Shown piece after piece: positions 42,244 to 53,740 of a DNA stretch of 64,000 nt. The notes under the pieces were generated by a model that worked only from the letters and a program-made list of their open reading frames with translations, was not told the DNA's origin and did not search any database. The DNA lies in contig CAXNJO010000009.1 in assembly GCA_964202905.1 (NCBI GenBank), forward strand, positions 32,001 to 96,000. Reading direction: 5' to 3'. Both the position numbers and the translations under genes were made by a program. How positions within the stretch are numbered: position 1 is the stretch's first letter; the number at the start of each line of letters is the position of its first letter. The stretch is from Polyangiales bacterium. Its GTDB lineage: Bacteria > Myxococcota_A > Polyangia > Polyangiales > JADJQN01.

Positions 42244-43500
42244 AGGTCGACCTGCTGGTGCGCGGGGCGCGCGTCGCGACGTGCGCGGGCCCAGCGTCGG
42301 GCACGCCAACCGAGCGACTCGGCCTGATCGCGCGGGGCGCAGTCGCCATCACAGAAGGTCGCATCGCGTGGGTCGGACCGGACGACGAGGCCGCGTCGAT
42401 CGCGCAGGACGCGGCGCGCACGATCGACGCGCGCGGCTGCGTGCTCCTGCCCGGGCTCGTCGATCCGCACACGCACCTCGTCTTCGCGGGGAGCCGCGTC
42501 GACGACCTCGCGCGGAAGCTCGCTGGCGAGAGCTACGCGTCGATCGCGGCCGCGGGCGGCGGCATCGCCTCGACCGTCCGCGCGACGCGCGCCGCCGACG
42601 ACGACACGCTCTTCGCGCTCGCGAAGGCGCGGGCCCTCGCGATGCGCGCGGGCGGCACCACGAGCGTCGAGGTCAAGAGCGGCTATGGCCTCGATACCGC
42701 AACCGAGTTGCGATTGCTCGCGATTGGGCGGCGCCTCGCGCGCGAGGGTCTCGTCCACACGACGACGACGCTCCTCGGCGCGCACGCCGTGCCGCCCGAG
42801 CGCCGCGACGACCGCGCGGGCTATCTGCGCGAGGTGCGCGAGGCGATGATCCCCGCCGCGGCGAACGCACGGCTCGCGGACACGGTCGACGTCTACTGCG
42901 ATGAATCGGCATTCAGTCTCGCCGAGACGCGCGGCGTCTTCGCAGCGGCGCGGCGCGCGGGGCTGGCGGCTGCGCGCGCACGTCGGGCAGTTCCGCGACC
43001 TCGGCGGCGCGGAGCTCTGCGCGGAGTTCGGCGCGCTCTCGGCCGACCACCTCGAGGAGGTGAGCGACGACGGCCTGCGCGCCCTCGCCCGCGCCGGGAC
43101 GACGGCGGTGCTGCTCCCGGGCGCGTGGCGCACGCTGCGGCAGCGCCCGCCCGACGCCGCGCGGCTGCGGGCCTTCGGCGTGCGCGTCGCCGTCGGCACC
43201 GACTGCAACCCCGGCACGAGCCCGTCGACCGATCTCGGCCTCGCCGCTGCGCTCGCCGCGCGCGACGCGGGGCTCTCGCTCGAGGAGGCCGTCCTCGCCG
43301 TGACGTGCGAGGCCGCGCGCGCCGCGGGCCTGCGCGACGCGGGCCGCATCGTGGTCGGCGCCCGCGCGGATCTCGCGCTCTTCCCAGGGGATGACCCCCG
43401 CCTCGTCGCCTATGCGCTCGGCGGACTGCGCGCCGCGCTCGTCGTGCTCGGGGGCCGCGTCGTCGTTGAGAACTCGTCCGGGGACGCGCGGCTCTGGTAG
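42240..43500 (+). CDS. hutI: Imidazolonepropionase; frameshift near 42965
   Basis: [40 protein letters not shown]; second frame [16 protein letters not shown]. Confidence 0.92.
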
Positions 43501-43514
43501 CGTCGCGGCGTCGC

Positions 43515-43880
43515 ATGGAACCGGAATTCGATCTCGACGCGGCCTACGAGCTCTATCTCGAGCGCTTCGCCAAACGCTTCGGCGACAAGCCTCTCGGCGC
43601 CTTCGTCAAGGTGGACCGCCACATGGTGACCAAGCTCGCGCGCGGCGAGTTCGCAGAGCGCCTCTCCGAGTACCTGCGCATGCACGAGGCCTGCAAGCAG
43701 ATGCTCAGCTCGGGCGCGACGATCAACGACGCGATTATGCTCGACTTCGCCGAGGTCGCGGCCTGGGTGTGCGTGCAGGCCCCCGACATGCTCGCCATGT
43801 TCCGCGGCGAGCTGGGCGACCCCGACGCGACGGCGCCCCTGGCGCGCACGACGCGCCCCGCAGGCCCCAGCCCCCGCTGA
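43515..43880 (+). CDS. Hypothetical protein (121 aa)
   Basis: Protein-like composition, unlike the Arg/Ala-rich shadow ORFs; TGgTAGCGT -10 box upstream. Confidence 0.7.
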   Translation: MEPEFDLDAAYELYLERFAKRFGDKPLGAFVKVDRHMVTKLARGEFAERLSEYLRMHEACKQMLSSGATINDAIMLDFAEVAAWVCVQAPDMLAMFRGELGDPDATAPLARTTRPAGPSPR

Positions 43881-43904
43881 CGAGCGCCGCGCGCGAGCCC
43901 GGCA

Positions 43905-43958
43905 CAGAGAGCGCGGCGCAGAGAGCGCGGCGCAGACATCGCGGCGCAGAGAGCGCGG
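43905..43958. repeat. 14-bp tandem direct repeat x4
   Basis: CAGAGAGCGCGGCG, CAGAGAGCGCGGCG, CAGACATCGCGGCG, CAGAGAGCGCGG; intergenic, 38 nt past the RHH gene stop. Confidence 0.9.
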
Positions 43959-43996
43959 ACGGACGCGCACCGCGCCGGCCGCTCAACGCGCGCCGC

Positions 43997-44344
43997 TCAC
44001 CAGCTGCGCGGGAGCGTGGCGGTGTCGACGTGCGCGAGCGCGTAGCGGATGAGCGCGCTGCGGCTCATCTTGCGGTGCCCGCCTGCCTTCAGCGCGCGGA
44101 CCTTCTCGTCGAGCGCCGCGAGGTCTTCGCGGTAGAGCGAGATGCAGATCACCTCGTAGGGGAGCGCCTCTTTCGGGAGGGCGCGCGAGGGTGGCTTGGC
44201 GCGGCGCGCGGGCGGCGCGGGCGGCGCGGGGAGCGCCTCGTCGGGCGCGCTCCGGAAGAAGGTGTCGCGGAGGACGTCGCGCACCTCCTCGCCTTCGAAC
44301 AACGCGTGCGCCGCGGCGCTGCGGCTTCGGTCGGACGTCGTCAT
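43997..44344 (-). CDS. Small ribbon-helix-helix-like DNA-binding protein, probable ParA partner
   Basis: GAGGAG SD; flexible N-terminus and Pro linker, then beta strand EVICISLY, helix REDLAALDEKVRALK, turn, helix SRSALIRYAL (typical RHH helix B). Confidence 0.7.
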   Translation of the reverse strand: MTTSDRSRSAAAHALFEGEEVRDVLRDTFFRSAPDEALPAPPAPPARRAKPPSRALPKEALPYEVICISLYREDLAALDEKVRALKAGGHRKMSRSALIRYALAHVDTATLPRSW

Positions 44345-44366
44345 CGGATCTCTCCTCGCGGCGCGC

Positions 44367-45485
44367 TCAGAGCGCCGCGCGCATCTCCGTGAGGGGCTGA
44401 ACCGGGCGCGCGACGGCAGCGGGCAAGTCGTCCGCGAGCGCGCCGACCGAGGCCGCGAGCACGCGCTCGACGAGCGCGAGGTAGTCCTGCGCGCCGTGGC
44501 TGTCGGGGGCGTACTCGAAGATGGTCTTCTTCACGCTCGGCGCCTCGCGCAGCTTCGTGTTCACGCGGATGGGCGGCAGGCAGTGCGCGCCGAAATGCGC
44601 CGTGAGCGCAGCGACCGCCTCGCGCGCGGCCTTGTTGCGCACGTCGTAGAACGTCGGCACGACGCCAAGGATCGCGACGTCGTGCTTGAGCATCTCGCGC
44701 ACGTTCTTCAGCGTGCGCAACACCTGCTTGACCCCGACCAGCGAGAGGTAATCGCACGAGACGGGGATGATCACGCTGTCCGCGTACACGAGCGCGTTCT
44801 GGTTCATGAGCGAGAGCGCGGGGGCGCAGTCGAGCACGACCACGTCGTACGCGTCGGCGCGGCCGCCGAGGCGCTCGCGCATGACGCGGTCGCGGTTCGG
44901 ACGACCGGCGAGGTAGAGCTCGGCGGCGGCGAGCAGCTCGTTCGAGGTGAGCACGTCGAGCCCGTCGCGCACCGGCACCGCGCACTCCTCGACGGACGCG
45001 CCGTTCACGAGCACGTGATAGAGCGAGCGCTCGCCGCGGATGCCGAGCGAGACGCCCACGTTGCCCTGCCCGTCCGCGTCGACGAGCAGCACGCGCTTGC
45101 CCTTCTCCGCGAGCGCGGCGGCGAGGTTCACGGCCGTGGTCGTCTTGCCAACGCCGCCCTTGTGGTTGAAGACGGCGATGCGACGCGGCCCCTCCGCCTG
45201 CACCGCGCCGCGCGCGCGCACCGCGCCGACGCCACGCTCACGGCAGCCCGTCGAGCAGAAGTAGACCGGCGCGCCATCGTGCGTCGCGCACTGGTACGCG
45301 TACTCGAACACGAAGGGCTTCGCGCAGACGCTGCACGCGCACGCGGCCTCGGCGCGGACGCCGCGCGCCTGGCACGCCTGCGAGCAGAAGTGGACGAAAC
45401 GCCCGCCCTCCTCGCGCACCTGATAGCGGAACTTCGGCGCGAACTCCTTGCTGCACACGCTGCACGTCGACGCGGACGACTCCAT
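44367..45485 (-). CDS. Soj/ParA-family ATPase with two N-terminal TRASH/YHS-like Cys4 domains
   Basis: Two CSVC-x22-C(S)xxC repeats ending FCSQAC and FCSTGC; KGGVGKTT deviant Walker A, DADGQGN, LDCAP Walker B, PTFYDVR, IRVNTKLREAPS; GAGGGGAG SD. Confidence 0.9.
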   Translation of the reverse strand: MESSASTCSVCSKEFAPKFRYQVREEGGRFVHFCSQACQARGVRAEAACACSVCAKPFVFEYAYQCATHDGAPVYFCSTGCRERGVGAVRARGAVQAEGPRRIAVFNHKGGVGKTTTAVNLAAALAEKGKRVLLVDADGQGNVGVSLGIRGERSLYHVLVNGASVEECAVPVRDGLDVLTSNELLAAAELYLAGRPNRDRVMRERLGGRADAYDVVVLDCAPALSLMNQNALVYADSVIIPVSCDYLSLVGVKQVLRTLKNVREMLKHDVAILGVVPTFYDVRNKAAREAVAALTAHFGAHCLPPIRVNTKLREAPSVKKTIFEYAPDSHGAQDYLALVERVLAASVGALADDLPAAVARPVQPLTEMRAAL

Positions 45486-45514
45486 CTCGGCTCCCCTCGC
45501 AGGCGCGGCGCGCG

Positions 45515-45530
45515 GCACTTGCCGAAGTGC
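45515..45530. promoter_or_regulatory. Inverted repeat in the parA leader, candidate operator
   Basis: GCACTT-gccg-AAGTGC; a related GTGCTT half-site at ~45551 overlaps a possible TAAGCA -10 box. Confidence 0.4.
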
Positions 45531-45612
45531 TTCGCGGCCGGCTTGCGGAGGTGCTTAGCGAAGAACGCCGCCGCGGGGCAACAAAGCGGCAGACGGGCGT
45601 CGCGGCCGCGGC

Positions 45613-47529
45613 CTAGAGGTCGAGGTCGTCCGCCTGCACGCCGCGCGCGTGCTCCATGATGAAGCGGAAGCGCGGCGCCGGGTCCTTGCCCATCAGCTCG
45701 TTGAGGATGCGATCCGTCTCGAGCTCGCCCTCGATCGTCACGCGCATCGCGCGACGACGCTTCGGGTCGAGCGTCGTGAGCTTGAGGTCGATGGCGTCCA
45801 TCTCGCCGAGGCCCTTGAAGCGGCTGACGTCGGGTTTGACGTTCTTCGGGAGCTTCGCGAGGAGCGCGTCCTTCTCCGCGTCGTCGAGGGCGAAGTACGT
45901 CTCCTTGCCCGCGTCGATGCGAAAGAGCGGCGGCATCGCGATGAAGACGTGGCCGTTGCGGATGAGGCCCGGCAGCACGCGGTAGAAGAACGTGAGGAGC
46001 AGCGTCGAGATGTGGTAGCCGTCGCTGTCGGCGTCCATCAGCAGGAAGATCCGGCCGTAGCGCAGCTTCGTGAGGTCGAAGTCCTTGCCGACGCCGCAGC
46101 CGAGCGCGGAGACGATGTCCTGCAGCTCCTTGTTCGACGAGATGGCCTGCACGTTCGCCCGCTCGGCGTTGAGGACCTTGCCCCGGAGCGCGAGGATCGC
46201 CTGCGTCTTGCGGTCCCTCCCCTGCTTCGCGCTGCCGCCGGCGGACTCGCCCTCGACGAGGAAGAGCTCGCTGTCGGACGGGTCGGTGCTCGAACAGTCC
46301 GCGAGCTTGCCGGGCAGGTTGAGCCGATGGCTCACCGCGCCCTTGCGCTTGACCTCGGTCATCGCGGCGCGGCTCGCCTCGCGCGCCCGCGCAGCGAGCA
46401 CGATGCGCGCGAGCACCGCGTCGGCCGTCTTCTTGTTGTCGTGGAGCCACTGCTCGAGCGCGGTGCGCACCGCGCCCTCGACCTGCCCGCTCACCTCGGT
46501 GTTGTTGAGGCGATCCTTCGTCTGGCCCTGGAACTGCGGCTCGGCGACGTAGACGCTCACGAGCGCGACGAGGCCCTCGCGGATGTCCTCGGCGGTGATC
46601 GTCACGCCCTTCGGCGTGAGGTCGTGCGTCGTCATGTAGCCGCGGACGGCGCGCGTCACGGCCTGCTTGAGGCCCGCGTCGTGCGTGCCGCCGTTGTGCG
46701 TGGGGATGCCGTTCGCGTAGCTCCGCAGCGACTCGCTCGGGGACTCCGTCCACGTGAGCGCGACCTCCATGCGGATGGGGTCCTCACGCTCGAGCGTGAA
46801 CGGCGCCAGCGGGATCGGCGGGTGGCCCGACTCGGCGACGATCTTGCCGAGGTACTCGACGATGCCGCCCGGATGCTCGAACTCGAGGCGCTCCTTCGTC
46901 TTCTCGTCGCGGAAGAAGAGGCGCAAGCCCTTGTGGAGGTAGGACTTCGCCTCGAGGCGCTCCTTGACGACGTCGACGTCGAACTCCGCCTTCTCGCCGA
47001 AAATCTTGGTGTCCGGACGGAAGTGGATGGTCGTGCCGTGCGCACGCAGCCCCTCCTGCACCTTCTCGATCGGTCCCGTCGCGACGCCGCGGCGGTACGA
47101 CTGCCGCCACTCGGCACCACCCCGCTTGATGGTCGCGACGAGCTTCTCCGAGAGCGCGTTGACCACCGAGGAGCCGACGCCGTGGAGGCCGCCGGAGACC
47201 TGGTAGCTCTTGCCCTCGAACTTGCCGCCCGAGTGAAGCGTCGTGAGGATGAGCTCGAGCGCGGGCTTCTTGAACTTCGGGTGGATGTCGACGGGGATGC
47301 CGCGACCATCATCCGAGATGGTGGCGCCGCGCCGATCGGCGTCGATCAGGACCTCGATGCGCTTGGCGTGGCCGTTGATCGCCTCGTCGACGCAGTTGTC
47401 GAGGATCTCCCAGAGGAGGTGGTGGTAGCCCGTCTTGTCGGTGCCGCCGATGTACATCGCCGGCCGCTTGCGCACGGGCTCGAGGCCCTCGAGGACCTCG
47501 ATGTCTTTCGCTGAGTAGTTCTCGGACAT
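45613..47529 (-). CDS. parE: Type IIA topoisomerase subunit B (topo IV ParE-like)
   Basis: LEGLEPVRKRPAMYIG, DDGRGIP, GGLHGVG, LFLVEGESAGGSAK, MDADSDG, RFKGLGEM; 638 aa, with no large proteobacterial GyrB insert. Confidence 0.88.
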   Translation of the reverse strand: MSENYSAKDIEVLEGLEPVRKRPAMYIGGTDKTGYHHLLWEILDNCVDEAINGHAKRIEVLIDADRRGATISDDGRGIPVDIHPKFKKPALELILTTLHSGGKFEGKSYQVSGGLHGVGSSVVNALSEKLVATIKRGGAEWRQSYRRGVATGPIEKVQEGLRAHGTTIHFRPDTKIFGEKAEFDVDVVKERLEAKSYLHKGLRLFFRDEKTKERLEFEHPGGIVEYLGKIVAESGHPPIPLAPFTLEREDPIRMEVALTWTESPSESLRSYANGIPTHNGGTHDAGLKQAVTRAVRGYMTTHDLTPKGVTITAEDIREGLVALVSVYVAEPQFQGQTKDRLNNTEVSGQVEGAVRTALEQWLHDNKKTADAVLARIVLAARAREASRAAMTEVKRKGAVSHRLNLPGKLADCSSTDPSDSELFLVEGESAGGSAKQGRDRKTQAILALRGKVLNAERANVQAISSNKELQDIVSALGCGVGKDFDLTKLRYGRIFLLMDADSDGYHISTLLLTFFYRVLPGLIRNGHVFIAMPPLFRIDAGKETYFALDDAEKDALLAKLPKNVKPDVSRFKGLGEMDAIDLKLTTLDPKRRRAMRVTIEGELETDRILNELMGKDPAPRFRFIMEHARGVQADDLDL

Positions 47530-47538
47530 GCGCGCGCC

Positions 47539-49911
<2,373 letters not shown>

Positions 49912-50088
49912 TCGCTCGTTCCGGGGGCTGTACCGCCGTTCAGGTGTCGCAGCGGAGCGCGATGCTGCAACGCGCCTGCCGCACGCGCAAGGGCGGCGCA
50001 GGACGCCGGGCGTGGGCCGCGTCGCGCGGACGACCCGGCCTGCGTGCGGAGGCGCGCGGGGCCGCGGTGCGCGGACGCGCGGCGGGGA

Positions 50089-52207
50089 CTACTCGCAGGG
50101 ATCCGTCTCGAGGCCCGGCGCGGGTACGCGCGCGGTCCCCGTCGCGAGGTGCGACGCGAGGAAGCAACCATATTGATGCTTCACCGCGTCGAGCTGCGTG
50201 TAGATGGCGTGAGGGTCGTAGATCCCGTCGCCCTCGTACTGCACGACGACGCCCGTGAAGGGCGCGCCCGTCTCCGACATCACGTTGTCGACGACGGGAT
50301 AGGAAAGGAGCCCGTCGCGGCCGGTGAGCGCGAGCGCGTCCTGCATCGAGGGCCACACGACGTCGCCCGCCTGCTCGTGCCCGTAGGAGAGCGCGATCGC
50401 GTCGAAAGTGGGCGTCGCGAAGTACGAGTCGCCGAGGCCGACGGGCTCGTAGACGTCCCGCACGGGGTGGCCCGGCAGCGGCCGGCGCGCGAGGCGCGGT
50501 GTGTAGACGATCGGGTCCACGGCCTCCCACGCGGTCTCGTAGATCTGCAGCGCCGGGTGCAGGAAGGTGAGCGGCGCCGAGGTGCCGATGAGGAAGGTCC
50601 CGATGAGCGCGCCCGGGTTCGGGAAGAGCGGCGTCTCGAGGATGAACTGGCTCCAGTAGCCGCCCGCTCCGGTGGGCAGCAGCGGCGAGGACGCGCGGCT
50701 CGACGGCGGAGAAGAGGTTCGTGTACTGCCCGCCCATCGACTGGCCCTGCGTGTAGATGTGTCCGCCGTCGAAGCGGTACCTCCCGAGGCCCGCAGGCAG
50801 CGAGAGCCCGGTGCACGCGGCCACGCTGGCGGGGGTGATGCGCAGCGCGAGGAGGGCCTCGAGGAAGAGCCGCTGCTCGATCACGCCCTGCCGGAAGAGG
50901 TCACGCCCCGGGCCGAGGTTGTTGAAGTTGAGGTACTCCTGCTCGGACGCGCCCGGCACGCGCTCGGGGTTCACGGGGAGCGCGCTGCTCGCGACGGCGA
51001 GGCCGTGGCGCGCGAGGACGTGCGCGGGGCCCTCGCCCTTCACGTTGCAGCCCGTGCGGCCCTCCCACTCGCCGAGCCTCCCCTCGGGGCAACGCGTCGC
51101 GTCCGTCTCGAGCCGCCAGGTGCCGCGATCGGCGCTCGCGGTGCTGAGGCCGCCCGAGCCGTGGAAGTACATCGTGAGCGGGAACCCCGCCTCGGGCATC
51201 GCGCCGAGCGGCAGCGACACGGTGATCGGGACCGTCTCACGACGCTGCTCGACGAGCGCGCCCGCGCCGTCCCGCACGAAGAGCCCGCCCGTGTCGAAAG
51301 GCGCCTCGCCGGCCTGGAACTGCGGGAAGGAGATGGTCCCGCGCAGCTCGCAGTAGCGCGGGTGCGCGGCGCCATCGTCGGGATCGACGACGAGGTCCGC
51401 GATCGTCGCGTCGAAGCGCGCGAGCGCGTCGTCGGAGAGCGCGGCGAGCTCGGCGACCACGTCGCCCGTCGTGAAGACCGTCGCCGTCGCGACCTGAGCC
51501 GCCGGGACGCCGAGGGTCGCGAGCGTCTCGAGGAGCGGCGCCGTCAGCGTGCGCAGCGCCTCGCCGCGCGCGCCTGGGGGCGTCTCGCCGCGCGCGAGGG
51601 CCGCGAAGGCGGGCGCGGGCGCGACGGGCTCGCCCGCTGCGTCGAGGAGCGCCGTCGTGACGACGAACGCGTAGGTGCGATCGGGTTGCAACACGAAGCC
51701 GGGGCGCGCGGCGACACCGAGCAGGCCGGCCGGCGTGTAGGCATCACGCGGGAGCGTCGCGGCGACGACGGGCGTGAGCGCGCCGCGCTCGGGCGAGGCG
51801 GGGTCGATGTCGACGAGGAGGATGGGCGCTGTGGCCACAGCGGGGACGACATCGGCCGGGACGCGCGGCGCAAGGTCGCCATCGAAGCGCAGATAACCCA
51901 CGGGAACCACTGGGAAACCCGGGTGCTGACCGGCGACCTCGACGAGCCCCTCGATGATGCTGCTGCGAGCCGAGACGGGGACACCGCGCAGGTCCGGCGT
52001 GCCCGCCGCCGTGAGGCGGAGATCCGAGGGAAACGGGAAGTCGTAGAAGGTCTCGGGCGCGTCGAGCGCGACCGCGAGATCGACGATGGCGGTGGTCGCG
52101 AGCGGGGGCAGGAGCGGCGCGGGGTCGTCGTCACCGCCGCATGCGACGAGCGCGCCGACGAGACAGAGGCCGAGGAGCGGGGTGCGAGCGAGGGGCCGCG
52201 ACGTCAT
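50089..52207 (-). CDS. Large lipoprotein with Ig-like N-terminus and alpha/beta-hydrolase domain; frameshift ~50677
   Basis: ALVA-C lipobox; FPFPSD; YFHGSGG oxyanion region; GQSMGG nucleophile; continues in another frame as PTGAGGYWS...VDPIVY...YDPH. Confidence 0.78.
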
Positions 52208-52257
52208 CCGCGCACGCTACCATGCAGCCCTCGCGCCCCGCAGCGCCGCGCGCGAGG

Positions 52258-53740
52258 TCAGGGCGTGAGGGCCCGGCGCGTGCGGACCGAAAGGCGCGGG
52301 TCGACCCACGCCCCGCGCGCGACGGCGGCGCGCACCTCGGCGACGGGGACGGCCACCTCCCCGAGCAGAGCGAGTCGCACGCAGCGCGGCCCCCCGGGCG
52401 CGTCGTCCACCACGAAGACGTCACGCGGCGCGACACGCGTGGCGAGATCCGCGAGCACGAGCGGCGCGAGCCCGTGCGCGACGACGACCGAGGTCCCCGG
52501 GGCGCGGACCGCCCGCGCAGAGACCGAGCGCGCGGCGACGAACGCGGGGTCCGCCCACGCGCGACCGTAGTGGTGCGCGACCGCGACGCCCGTCCCGACG
52601 CTGCCGATCGCGACGAGCGCGACGAGCGTCGCGACGACCGCGCGCGAGGGGCGCGCCCGCAAGACGTGCACGAGCCCGACGAGCCCGCCGACCCAGAAGA
52701 GGTCCCACCGCTCGATGAGCGCGGGCTCGTAGAGATACGGGAACACGAGCGAGACGAGCAGCGCGGCGGCGAGCTCCGGACGCGCGCGCAGCGCGGCCCC
52801 GAGCGCCTGACCGCGCGCGGCGACGAGCTGGACCACGAGGGCGAGCGCGAGCGCGCAGGACACCGCGGGGATCCAGGTGCGCAGCGCCGCGTCGAGCGCC
52901 GGCGTGAGGCGCATCAGGTGCACCGAGGGCGTCAGCGCGATCGCGCGGAGCCCGCCGACGTATTGCTCGAGGCGCGCGGCGGAGCCGAGGGGGGTCGTCG
53001 ACTGCGCGAAGTCCTGGAGCCGCAGCGCCTGCGGGAGAAACGCATGGAGCGCGTTCAGCGCGCCCGTGAAGGGGACGAGGTGCGCGAGGTGATACACGCC
53101 GAGCGCCGTCAGCCCCGCGACGGCGAGCCCGCCTGCGCGCGCGGGATCGCGCCGCGCGACCCACGGCGCGACCGCGAGCGGGAAGAGGAGCACGAGCAGC
53201 GACACGTTCACGAGCATCGCGGCCGCGAGCAGCACGCCGAGCAGGACGCCGCGCCGACGCTCGCCGCGGGCCTCGACGCTGCGCCGCGCGAACAGCGCGA
53301 ACACGCCGAGGACGAGCGGCAGGTAGAGCACGTTGTCTTCGGCGAGCAGGAAGAGCGAGACGAGGCCGGGGCTCCCGATCGTGGACGCCGCGAGCACGAG
53401 CGCCGGTCGCCCGCCCCGAGAGCCCGGCGCGTCGCGCGACGCCGAACACACCGAGCAGGAACGCCGCCGCCCCCGCGGCCGTGAGCCCGACGACCGCCGC
53501 GCGAGGCGTCACGCCCACCGCCATCAGCGCGCGCATGGCGCCGTGGTAGAGCAGGTGACCGTCGAGGTAGAGGTCGGGGCGGTAGCCGCGAATGAACGCG
53601 AGGCGCGCGTACGTGTCCCAATCCCAGAGCCCCACCTCACCGCGCCGGACGAGGACGAGCGCGGCCGTGAGCGCCGCAGAAGCCGCCGCCCAGCCGAGCC
53701 CGGCGAACACGGCGTTCCGTCGTGACGCGGCCACGCTCAC
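52258..53740 (-). CDS. Multi-pass membrane protein, GT-C/DUF2723-like glycosyltransferase; frameshift ~53405
   Basis: GTG start overlapping the upstream TGA; TM1 then acidic loop WDWDTY and GHLLYH; about ten hydrophobic segments; short soluble C-terminal domain. Confidence 0.55.

Noticed and set aside
40881..43394. Apparent 837-aa HutU-HutI fusion ORF
   Set aside because: Artefact of hutU indels. The real hutU C-terminus is in another frame ending at 42243, and hutI has its own overlapping ATG at 42240.
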